Positions 56,206-64,000 of a stretch of 64,000 nucleotides of DNA are shown here, piece by piece. Source of the DNA: Cenarchaeum sp. (lineage in GTDB: Archaea; Thermoproteota; Nitrososphaeria; Nitrososphaerales; Nitrosopumilaceae); contig OY843768.1 in NCBI GenBank assembly GCA_963693095.2, forward strand, positions 1,312,001-1,376,000, given 5' to 3'. Position 1 is the first letter of the stretch, and every line of letters starts with the position of its first letter. The notes under the pieces are model-generated. The model worked only from the letters and a program-made list of their open reading frames with translations. It did not search any database and had not been told where the DNA came from. Position numbers and translations under genes: made by a program.

Positions 56206-57993
56206 ATGACCCACAGGGTGGCAGTACTTGACATGGATCTCTGCCAACCGCGCAAGTGCGGCCTGGAGTGCGTAAAGTACTGCCCCGTCAACAAGTCCGG
56301 CGCCGAGTGCGTCGTCCTCGACGAAGAGTCCAAAAAGGCACGCATCGACGAGGACATCTGCAACGGGTGCGGCATATGCGTAAAGGTCTGCCCTTTTGAC
56401 GCAATAACGATCGTAAACCTCGCAACAGAGCTCTCGACTGACAAGATCCACCAGTACGGGCCAAACTCGTTTCGGCTGTATCGTCTCCCCGTTCCAAAAA
56501 AGGGCGAGGTCGTCGGGCTCCTGGGCCGCAACGGGATAGGCAAGAGCACCGTCGTGAACATACTTGCCGGCAACCTCGTGCCAAACATGGGCAACCACGC
56601 CAGCCCGCCGTCGTGGGACGACATACTGGAAATGACACCAAATATCGAGCTACGCACGCACCTTGGCGCCATACGCGATGGCAGCATGCGCGCGGCAATA
56701 AAGCCGCAGCAGACCCAGGGGATCTCGCGCGCGTTTGACGGGACGGCCTCTGAGCTGGTTGAAAAGTATGACGAGCGCGGCGAATCACGCACGCTAGTCG
56801 AGTCGCTCGGGTTGCGCAACTCCATGGAGCGCCACGTCAACGAGCTTAGCGGAGGCGAGCTCCAGAGGCTTGCAGTTGCCATATCGGCCTCGCGCGATGC
56901 GGACTATTACTTTTTTGATGAGCCATCCTCGCACAATGACGTGTTTCAGAGAAACGGCGTCGCGCGCGTCATTCGCGGCCTGGCCGCGCAGTCAAAGTCT
57001 GTCATGGTAGTGGAGCACGACCTGGCAATGCTCGACTTTTTGAGCGACTATATCGAGGTCATGTACGGCGAGCCGGCCGCATACGGCATCGTCTCGGGCA
57101 TCCTGTCGGCGAGAACCGGAATCAACACGTTCCTTGACGGGTACCTGCCCGGCGAGAACGTGCGCTTTCGCGACAAGGGGTTCACGTTTGAGGCGTCCTC
57201 CTCGAGCGGGGCGTTCGCCGATGCGCCAGAGAGCGTCGCGTATCCTGCCCTCTCGAGATCATTTGAGGGCTTTGCGCTCACAGTGGAGCCCGGCCGCGTT
57301 CGGCGCGGCGAGGTTCTCGGCATGATGGGCGCAAACGCGCTAGGCAAGACGACGATGATGCGCATGCTCGCCGGAGTCGAGCCGTCTGACTCGGGCTCCG
57401 TCGACAAGAGGGCAAGGATATCGCACAAGCCCCAGTATGTGGAGGCTCGCGAGGGCACGCTCGTCTCCGAGGCGCTCTCGGCGGCGCACGGAGCTCCCAT
57501 AGAGGGAAGTGACGGCGAGTCCCAGATTGCCGCGCCGCTGCGCCTGCCAAAGTTCTACACCAAGGATATTGGGCGCCTGTCCGGCGGCGAGCTCCAAAAG
57601 GTCGCCGTTGCCTCGTGCCTCCTCCAGGAGGCAGACCTGTACGCGCTAGACGAGCCGTCGGCATTTCTTGACGTCGAGGACCGCATAGCAGTCGCAAAGT
57701 TCATCCAGCGGTTTGCGCGATCGCACGCAAGGTCAGTCATCGTGATAGACCATGACCTGCAGCTCATGGATATCGTCTCAGACACGATGGTAGTCTTTGA
57801 GGGCGAGCCTGGCAGGTCTGGCCACGCCAGCGCACCGCTGCCAAAACCTGAGGCGATGAACCGCTTTTTGGGATCACTTGGCGTCTCGTTTAGGCGCGAT
57901 GAGAGGTCACGGCGCCCAAGGATAAACAAGCAGGGCAGCCGCCTTGACCGTGAGCAAAAGTCATCAGGCAGCAACTATTACGCACAGCCATGA
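56206..57993 (+). CDS. rli: Ribosome recycling ATPase ABCE1 (RNase L inhibitor)
   Basis: Fe-S motifs CxPxKC..C..CP and CxGCGICVKxCP; two ABC domains (GRNGIGKST, LSGGELQ twice). Confidence 0.95.
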   Translation: MTHRVAVLDMDLCQPRKCGLECVKYCPVNKSGAECVVLDEESKKARIDEDICNGCGICVKVCPFDAITIVNLATELSTDKIHQYGPNSFRLYRLPVPKKGEVVGLLGRNGIGKSTVVNILAGNLVPNMGNHASPPSWDDILEMTPNIELRTHLGAIRDGSMRAAIKPQQTQGISRAFDGTASELVEKYDERGESRTLVESLGLRNSMERHVNELSGGELQRLAVAISASRDADYYFFDEPSSHNDVFQRNGVARVIRGLAAQSKSVMVVEHDLAMLDFLSDYIEVMYGEPAAYGIVSGILSARTGINTFLDGYLPGENVRFRDKGFTFEASSSSGAFADAPESVAYPALSRSFEGFALTVEPGRVRRGEVLGMMGANALGKTTMMRMLAGVEPSDSGSVDKRARISHKPQYVEAREGTLVSEALSAAHGAPIEGSDGESQIAAPLRLPKFYTKDIGRLSGGELQKVAVASCLLQEADLYALDEPSAFLDVEDRIAVAKFIQRFARSHARSVIVIDHDLQLMDIVSDTMVVFEGEPGRSGHASAPLPKPEAMNRFLGSLGVSFRRDERSRRPRINKQGSRLDREQKSSGSNYYAQP

Positions 57994-58829
57994 CACGTGC
58001 GCTTCGCCGTGCGCTAGCCGGCACGCTCAGCGATGATGAGGCCGAGGCGCTATGCTCGTCCTTTGACCAGATAGGCGACGTTGCCATAGTGCGCATACCC
58101 GATGCGCTGCGCGCGCGCCGGCGCGATATTGGTACGGCCGTGCTAGCGCAGGCCAGCGGGGCCACGCGCGTGTTCTGCCAGGTCTCAGACGTGTCAGGGG
58201 ACTATCGCACTCGCGATCTCGAGCTCATCGCCGGCGAGGGCGGAACAGTGACGATCCACCGTGAGCACGGCTGCGAGATGCAAGTCGATGTGGCCGGCGC
58301 GTTCTTTTCCCCGCGCCTTTCCACCGAGAGGGCGCGCATTGCGTCGCTAACGGCTGACGGCGAGACTGTCCTCAACATGTTTGGCGGCGTTGGCGCGTTC
58401 TCGCTAGTCGCCGCAAAGTCCACGCGCTGCACCGTTCACAATATCGACATCAACCCGCTCGCCATTGACCTCTGCACGGCAAACATTGCGCGCAACAGGC
58501 TTGCCGGCACGGTGATCGCCTCATGCGGCGATGCGGCCGAGGCTGTTCCGGCGTGGTCAAGCCGCGAGGTCGCCGACCGCACGCTCATGCTCCTGCCAGA
58601 GAGGTCTGCAGAGTTCCTAGAAATTGCAGTTGCGGCCACGCGACCGGGCGGGACGATCCACTATTACTCTCATGTCCATGCCGACTCAAAGTCGCTTGCG
58701 GCGCCAAATGCCGCACGCGAGCTCATCGACATTGCGCCGCAGGGCACAGGCGTGGCCCACTCGCGCATAGTCAGGCCGGTCGGACCGCGCTATTACCAGA
58801 CAGTAGTTGATGCGATCCTGCCCTGCTAG
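57990..58829 (+). CDS. Trm5/Taw2 (Met-10+-like) SAM-dependent tRNA modification enzyme
   Basis: FDQIGDVAIV, EHGC, FFSPRLSTER, NMFGGVGAF, DINP. Confidence 0.87.
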   Translation: MTRALRRALAGTLSDDEAEALCSSFDQIGDVAIVRIPDALRARRRDIGTAVLAQASGATRVFCQVSDVSGDYRTRDLELIAGEGGTVTIHREHGCEMQVDVAGAFFSPRLSTERARIASLTADGETVLNMFGGVGAFSLVAAKSTRCTVHNIDINPLAIDLCTANIARNRLAGTVIASCGDAAEAVPAWSSREVADRTLMLLPERSAEFLEIAVAATRPGGTIHYYSHVHADSKSLAAPNAARELIDIAPQGTGVAHSRIVRPVGPRYYQTVVDAILPC

Positions 58830-59065
58830 GGCGACTCGTCATCATCCATCGGAACTACGATCGACGGTATCTTGCGCGTTGTGGCCATTGTGTAGCCGAC
58901 CCACGATATTGCGCCAAGAACCCCGCCGGCAATCATGAGAACCGAGAGCTGCATCACTATGGGGCTCCACTCAGACAGCATGAGAAGGTATGCGTACACA
59001 AAGAACGCCACAATGCACAGCACAAATATCGTCACGCCAAGCGCGCTACGCCGCTCCATGCGCAT
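58826..59065 (-). CDS. Small two-TM membrane protein
   Basis: Two hydrophobic helices ending WVGYTMATT. Confidence 0.75.
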   Translation of the reverse strand: MRMERRSALGVTIFVLCIVAFFVYAYLLMLSEWSPIVMQLSVLMIAGGVLGAISWVGYTMATTRKIPSIVVPMDDDESP

Positions 59066-59085
59066 CGTGCGCACACGGGTCGTAT

Positions 59086-59592
59086 TTATTGATTGTTCTG
59101 CGTCTCTATTGACATTATGAACGCGTCCTCGCCGTCTCGATAGTACGAGTTCTGGCGGCTTCGCACAGAAAAGCCGAGCTTTTCGTACATGGTAACGGCA
59201 CGCACGTTGCTGCACCTGACCTCGAGGTAAAACTCGTGGCATGACCTGAGGTTGACTCCGTTTATGGCCTCCTCAACGAGTGCCGTGCCAAGGCCCGCGC
59301 GCCTCGAGTCCGGCAGTATCGCTATGGAGACGAGGTGCGCCTTTTTGACAAAGCCGAGGCGCTTAAAGTTTGAAAACCCGTGCTCGATCTTGCAGATGAC
59401 ATATCCGACGACCTTGCCGCCAGACTCGGCCACCAGGAACGCCTCTGGGCAGTCCTTGAGAAGCTCCTCGTAGAAATAGTCCGAATAGTGCTCTGGAAGA
59501 GTCTTTAGGTTGATCTCTATTACGGGGATTAGGTCTTCGTGGGCCGCCCTGCGTATGACGCATCCGGCGTGCTCCCTCTGGCATGGTTGCAC
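59086..59592 (-). CDS. Ard1/RimI-family GNAT N-acetyltransferase
   Basis: INLKTLPEHY, HLVSIA, RRAGLG, LEVRCSN, YYRDGEDA; GTG start inferred. Confidence 0.9.
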   Translation of the reverse strand: MQPCQREHAGCVIRRAAHEDLIPVIEINLKTLPEHYSDYFYEELLKDCPEAFLVAESGGKVVGYVICKIEHGFSNFKRLGFVKKAHLVSIAILPDSRRAGLGTALVEEAINGVNLRSCHEFYLEVRCSNVRAVTMYEKLGFSVRSRQNSYYRDGEDAFIMSIETQNNQ

Positions 59593-59867
59593 CGCGCAGC
59601 GCGCCGTAGGCGCCCCATTAAGTAGTGTTCGGCGCCGACGCGCATGGCAGAGGCAGGTGCGCAAGATCCGCGTGTCGTGTCACGTCGAGCAGGTGCCAGG
59701 GGGAGCCATGCGAGCCCTTGTGTGCCGCATGTGCGGCAAGGGGACAGGGCGCGCGAGTTCACGACGAGGAGGCCATGGACGTGTGAGGCGTGCCCCGGCA
59801 AGAGGGGACGGTGCGCGCAGGCGCGGACAAGGGTTAATTACGGGATTGCTCACCCATTGCGCGCGTG

Positions 59868-59939
59868 GCCCCCGTAGTATAGTGGCTAGTATAGGGGATT
59901 GTGGATCCCCGGGCAGGGGTTCGATTCTCCTCGGGGGCC
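59868..59939 (+). tRNA. tRNA-His (GUG)
   Basis: Acceptor GCCCCCG/CGGGGGC, anticodon arm GGGGA-TTGTGGA-TCCCC, GGTTCGATT T-loop, encoded G-1 at 59867, TTAATTA upstream. Confidence 0.95.
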
Positions 59940-59947
59940 CTCCAACA

Positions 59948-61414
59948 TCACACGTCAACGCTCTTGCCGACCATGACTGACGTGACATTGTCGTGCATTG
60001 TCCGGTGGAGCTTTTCGTTCTGCCTCTCGGTGTGTATGGGGACGAGGCGGCCTGCGCTGAGGCCGTCGATGACGCGCCTTATCTGGGTCCCGTCGCCATG
60101 GCCTGAGACGTGGAGCTTGTGCCACTGCCTGTCACTGCCAATGAGGCCAAACTTGGCAAGCCAGTTCTTTACCTGGCCCTCCTGGCGCTCCATGTCGGGA
60201 TCAAAGGGCTCGGTGAGCGATCGTATGTACGTCGAGCCCTGCGGTGGCCTTATGTCTATAAGGTTCTGGAGCGAAAAGTCATCGCAATAGTGGAGGTATT
60301 TTTTTGGGCTTGCTGCGATGTCACGATAGTCCAGGCGACTTGGGTGGTTCAAAAAGTCGCGCTTCCACTTGTCATAGTCGCGCGACAGCGCATCTTCAGG
60401 ATAGTTCTTGTCAATTAGTCCCCATGACCCGCGGTTTATGAATATGCCCACCTCGTCGAGGCGCGGATACGTTCCCGGAAGGTGCGTCTCAAACAGCTCA
60501 AGCAGGTATGCCTGCTTCATGTCCACAACTAGCATCCTTCCGGCCGCCTTTGCCGCAAGATAGAGCGAGTGGAGCCTGTCGAGGTCGCGCATCGGGTATC
60601 CGCACATGGCAAGGCCGTCTGTGGACTCCATGATCGAGGCAGCCTCTGTCTCAATCCATTCCTCTGTCCTTGCCGGCGTGTCAGGCTTGTTTGATATTCT
60701 CGTGCCCTCACAAAGCAGGAGATCAACTCCGGTCTTGGCTCCCCGCTTGACAAAGCGCTCAGTCGACTTTGCGCGCCGGCCGTGGAAGCGCAGGTCGGCC
60801 GTGTTTGCCAGCGTGCCAGATGACGTGTGAAGAATTAGCGCACACGCGCCGGGAAGCGAGTGATCGACCTCCCAGGGCTCGACCTCAATGTCGCCGACGC
60901 GGAACTTTTTGCCGCTCTCCATGGTGCGAATCTCGCGCTCGCGCTTGTCCCTTGTGAGGCGTGTCCATTTTGACCTGTCGCTATAGACAAACTTTGTACG
61001 CAGGGTGGCAAGCTGGTGATCCTTGCCCGTGTCATCAAAGCACCTCATGATAAGCTCGGAGGCCTTTGTGCAGTATACGGGAATGTCCTCCCTGACATAG
61101 CCGAGGTATCCGCAGTGGTCAATGTGCGCATGCGTCAGGACAATGGCGTCAACAGGCGGCTCCTCTGCCCACTCGACGCCCATGTGCTCGGCATAGTCCT
61201 TGCGATAGAGCCCGTCTATGCGCGGGAGGAGGCCCAGCGCAAACATGTCAAGGAGTATATTGGAGGCCCGAGCCTTCCTGTACTCGGAAAAGTAGCGCCC
61301 CTCGGCTGCAAAGCTCATCCCAAAGTCCATCATTATCGAGGTCTCCCCGTCGCGCACGAGGAACTTGTTGCCGCCAATCTCGCCTACGCCCCCGTGAAAT
61401 GCCACCGATGCCAT
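59948..61414 (-). CDS. MBL-fold beta-CASP hydrolase (RNase J-like)
   Basis: GGVGEIGGN, THAHIDH, VDHS, D.RFHG, CEGT, HVSGH, PIHTE. Confidence 0.88.
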   Translation of the reverse strand: MASVAFHGGVGEIGGNKFLVRDGETSIMMDFGMSFAAEGRYFSEYRKARASNILLDMFALGLLPRIDGLYRKDYAEHMGVEWAEEPPVDAIVLTHAHIDHCGYLGYVREDIPVYCTKASELIMRCFDDTGKDHQLATLRTKFVYSDRSKWTRLTRDKREREIRTMESGKKFRVGDIEVEPWEVDHSLPGACALILHTSSGTLANTADLRFHGRRAKSTERFVKRGAKTGVDLLLCEGTRISNKPDTPARTEEWIETEAASIMESTDGLAMCGYPMRDLDRLHSLYLAAKAAGRMLVVDMKQAYLLELFETHLPGTYPRLDEVGIFINRGSWGLIDKNYPEDALSRDYDKWKRDFLNHPSRLDYRDIAASPKKYLHYCDDFSLQNLIDIRPPQGSTYIRSLTEPFDPDMERQEGQVKNWLAKFGLIGSDRQWHKLHVSGHGDGTQIRRVIDGLSAGRLVPIHTERQNEKLHRTMHDNVTSVMVGKSVDV

Positions 61415-61511
61415 TGGCTCCACGGCCTGTGCGGCGCAACTTTAACCCTTGTGCGCACGATTGCCGCCGGCGCCCCAAACAATTTTAAGCTCCGCCGCGT
61501 GGGGGTGCGCC

Positions 61512-61850
61512 ATGTCCGGAGAGGAGCAGGCCAGGGGCGAGAGGCTAGCAAAGATACTCGCCGACGGCGCAGACTGGGAGAAGACGAGGACGAGCATCGA
61601 GGGCGTCATGATAGTCAGGATGCCACAGTACAAGAGCCGTCCGCCCACGCTGGCAATCGAGATAAACCCCGTGGACGCGTCTGGCTCGTCGACCAAAAAG
61701 CGCGGAGTCGTCATCAGGTCAGCAGCCGAGCTGGAGCTGATCGCGCAAATCCTCGCAAAACCCGAGCTCGTAAAACTCGCCGAGGCGATGGACACGGCAA
61801 ATCCTGCAACGTCGACTCCAAAAAAGAGCTCTGACGTGTTTCAGGTATAG
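61512..61850 (+). CDS. Hypothetical protein
   Basis: Protein-like ORF; TTTTAA ~25 nt upstream. Confidence 0.75.
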   Translation: MSGEEQARGERLAKILADGADWEKTRTSIEGVMIVRMPQYKSRPPTLAIEINPVDASGSSTKKRGVVIRSAAELELIAQILAKPELVKLAEAMDTANPATSTPKKSSDVFQV

Positions 61851-61867
61851 CGTGGGACCGCGACGAC

Positions 61868-62617
61868 ATGGCAGGTGATGCCGCAGATGAGCTATGGGCA
61901 AATGTGCGCAGCGCCATTGCGCGCGCCGATCCGTGCAATGGCACCGCAGTGGCATTCTCTGGCGGCGTTGACAGCGCGCTAGTCGCCCATGCGTGCGCAG
62001 ACATGGGCCTGCAGCCCGTTCTCCTCACCATAGGAACTGCCGGCTCGCGCGACATGCGCTTTGCTGCCCACATTGCCGGACTCATGGGCATCGAGCGCCG
62101 CGCACTAGAGATCAGCCCCGATGACATTGTGGCCTCCTCGCGCAAGGTCGACGGCATCATTGGGGAGCGCAGCCTGTCGTGGAGGGAGAACTGTGTGGCC
62201 TTTGAGCGCGTCGCGCGCCTTGCATCCACGCTGGGAATCGCGCAGGTGATCACGGCAAACGGCATTGACGAGCTCTTTTGCGGATATGACGCGTACCGCC
62301 GGATCGCCGGCGACGGGGAGGCGATCATCGAGATGATGCGCGCAAAGGTCGACGCAGAGAGGCGCATGATGCGCGCAGTCAGCGATGTGGCCGGCACGCA
62401 CGGCGTGCGAGTTGTGCAGCCGCTTCTCTCAGAGGAGTTTGTCGCATACGCGATGCGCGTCCCACTAGCCGACAAGATTGCCGGATCCGGCGACCTCTTG
62501 CGAAAGCACATCGTCCGGCGCACAGCCGAGCGTGTTGGCGTCCCGCCAAAGTCAGCATACAGCCGCAAAAAGGCGCTCCAGTACGGCAGCGGGATACACG
62601 CCGTGATGCGGCGCTAG
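61868..62617 (+). CDS. Asparagine synthase C-terminal domain (PP-loop) protein
   Basis: AFSGGVDS, G.DELFCGY, RKKALQYGSG. Confidence 0.88.
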   Translation: MAGDAADELWANVRSAIARADPCNGTAVAFSGGVDSALVAHACADMGLQPVLLTIGTAGSRDMRFAAHIAGLMGIERRALEISPDDIVASSRKVDGIIGERSLSWRENCVAFERVARLASTLGIAQVITANGIDELFCGYDAYRRIAGDGEAIIEMMRAKVDAERRMMRAVSDVAGTHGVRVVQPLLSEEFVAYAMRVPLADKIAGSGDLLRKHIVRRTAERVGVPPKSAYSRKKALQYGSGIHAVMRR

Positions 62618-63972
62618 TGGCGCTCGGCCATCCTGGCCACCGAGCGGCACACAGAGTCTATTATCGATGGCGCGGCGCCCAGGTGCCTGTCAGGCACAAA
62701 TATCGCGGCAATCTCGGCTGCGCTGAGGTGCGAGGACATTGCCGCATCAGACGTGACTGCCGCTGCAAAGTCCGTTCCGGCAGCACTCGCCGCAAAGGCG
62801 ACGCGCTGGACGTCACGGTATGCGACCATGCGCGGCACGCCCTTTTTGACGAGTGCCTCGAGGACAAACTCGGCAAAGACCTGCCCGCGCGTGGCCTCTA
62901 GGTTTTTGCCCACGCGCTCGGCATCGACGCTCATGCCGTCGATGACGCGAGTCATCGTCACTATCATCTCGTCGGCCAGTATTGCGGCAGTCGGGAGGAC
63001 AAACCTCTCGTTGGCCGAGTTTGAGAGGTCGCGCTCGTGCCAGAGGGCGACGTTCTCGAGTGTGATGCCAACGTTGCTGCGCAGCAGGCGCGCCAGTGAC
63101 GTGACTCGCTCGCTCTTGGTCGGGTTGCGCTTTACGGGAACCGCACTGCTCCCCATCTGTCCCTTGCGGAACCTCTCGGCGACCTCGCGTATCTCGGTTC
63201 GCTGCAGGTTGCGCACCTCGACTGCGATCTTTTCAAGGGTCGTGCCGAGGAGCGAGAGGGCAAAGACGTACTCGGCATGGCGCTCGCGCGGGACGACCTG
63301 CGTTGCCACGTCGACTGGAACGAGGCCGAGGCGGGGCGCGACTGCCCTCTGGACGCGCACGGCGCGCGCGCCCATAAGCGAGCCCGTTCCCACCACGCCG
63401 AGCGTCTTGCACAGGAGGATGCGCTTTTTTGACTCTTCGAGGCGCTCGACATGGCGCGACATCTCAGCAGCCCAGTTTGCGAACTTTAGCCCAAACGGTA
63501 TGATGCTCGCGTGCTGGCCATGCGTCCTTCCCACGGCCGGAAGGCGCCGGTACTGCCTGGCGCGGCGGGCCAGCGCGAGGGCCAGGCGGATCGCGCGCGG
63601 CTGCAGGATCGCCAGCACGTCGCGCATCTGCATCGAGTTGCTCGTGTCCACCAGGTCGTTGCTAGTGAGCCCATAGTGAATCCACGGCCTTGCGTGCGCG
63701 GCGCACTTTTCAGAGAGGGCCTGGACGAGGGCTGCTGTGTCATGGTCTGTCTTTGCCTCAAGGGCGGCAATTCGGCGTGGCGTGATGCGCACGCGCCTTG
63801 CCACGCGCGAGATCTCGCGTGCGGCTGCCCTGGGTATTATGCCCAGATCTCCCTGCGCTGCGGCCACGGCCCCCTCGACCTGGACCTGGTAGTCGATCTT
63901 GCGCTGCTCTCCAAACACGGCGAGCATCTCTGGCGTGCCGTACCTTCCAGAGTCTATGGGCAGAATGGCCAA
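62614..63972 (-). CDS. purB: Adenylosuccinate lyase
   Basis: HYGLTSND, GRTHGQHA, GSSAVPVKRNP, WHERDLSNSANER. Confidence 0.95.
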   Translation of the reverse strand: MAILPIDSGRYGTPEMLAVFGEQRKIDYQVQVEGAVAAAQGDLGIIPRAAAREISRVARRVRITPRRIAALEAKTDHDTAALVQALSEKCAAHARPWIHYGLTSNDLVDTSNSMQMRDVLAILQPRAIRLALALARRARQYRRLPAVGRTHGQHASIIPFGLKFANWAAEMSRHVERLEESKKRILLCKTLGVVGTGSLMGARAVRVQRAVAPRLGLVPVDVATQVVPRERHAEYVFALSLLGTTLEKIAVEVRNLQRTEIREVAERFRKGQMGSSAVPVKRNPTKSERVTSLARLLRSNVGITLENVALWHERDLSNSANERFVLPTAAILADEMIVTMTRVIDGMSVDAERVGKNLEATRGQVFAEFVLEALVKKGVPRMVAYRDVQRVAFAASAAGTDFAAAVTSDAAMSSHLSAAEIAAIFVPDRHLGAAPSIIDSVCRSVARMAERH

Positions 63973-64000
63973 CGCCGCAGCGGCGCGCAGCCGTAAAAAT

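Overview
High-GC archaeal DNA. The gene set (tetraether lipid synthase, Tkt-Rpe fusion, ABCE1, stand-alone 5S rRNA, TATA boxes about 25 bp before leaderless starts) points to Nitrososphaerota/Nitrosopumilaceae, probably a Cenarchaeum-like symbiont; this is inference. Layout: (i) a >4,080-aa secreted Ig-repeat surface protein on the minus strand (starts 12268, runs off the left edge, absent from the ORF track). (ii) An AT-richer accessory island (~12.3-24.4 kb). It holds a cassette of two HK97-capsid-like paralogues sandwiching a HEPN-domain gene, bracketed by ~170-180 bp non-coding direct repeats with poly-C tracts. It also holds a prephenate dehydratase-like gene with altered catalytic motifs, three paralogous ~113-aa unknown proteins, a YwgA/Panacea-like gene coupled to a membrane protein, a TPR protein and an unannotated 55-aa microprotein. 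(iii) Regulators, tes and a glycosylation/sulfation cluster. (iv) A second, 4,405-aa giant surface protein on the plus strand that shares modules with the first. (v) Core genes: pentose phosphate pathway, frameshifted pepA, 5S rRNA, ABCE1, Trm5-like, Ard1/RimI, tRNA-His, RNase J-like, purB. The best candidate for a new system is the repeat-flanked capsid-like/HEPN/capsid-like cassette, which has no other virion genes nearby. All calls come from reading motifs by eye; no searches were run.
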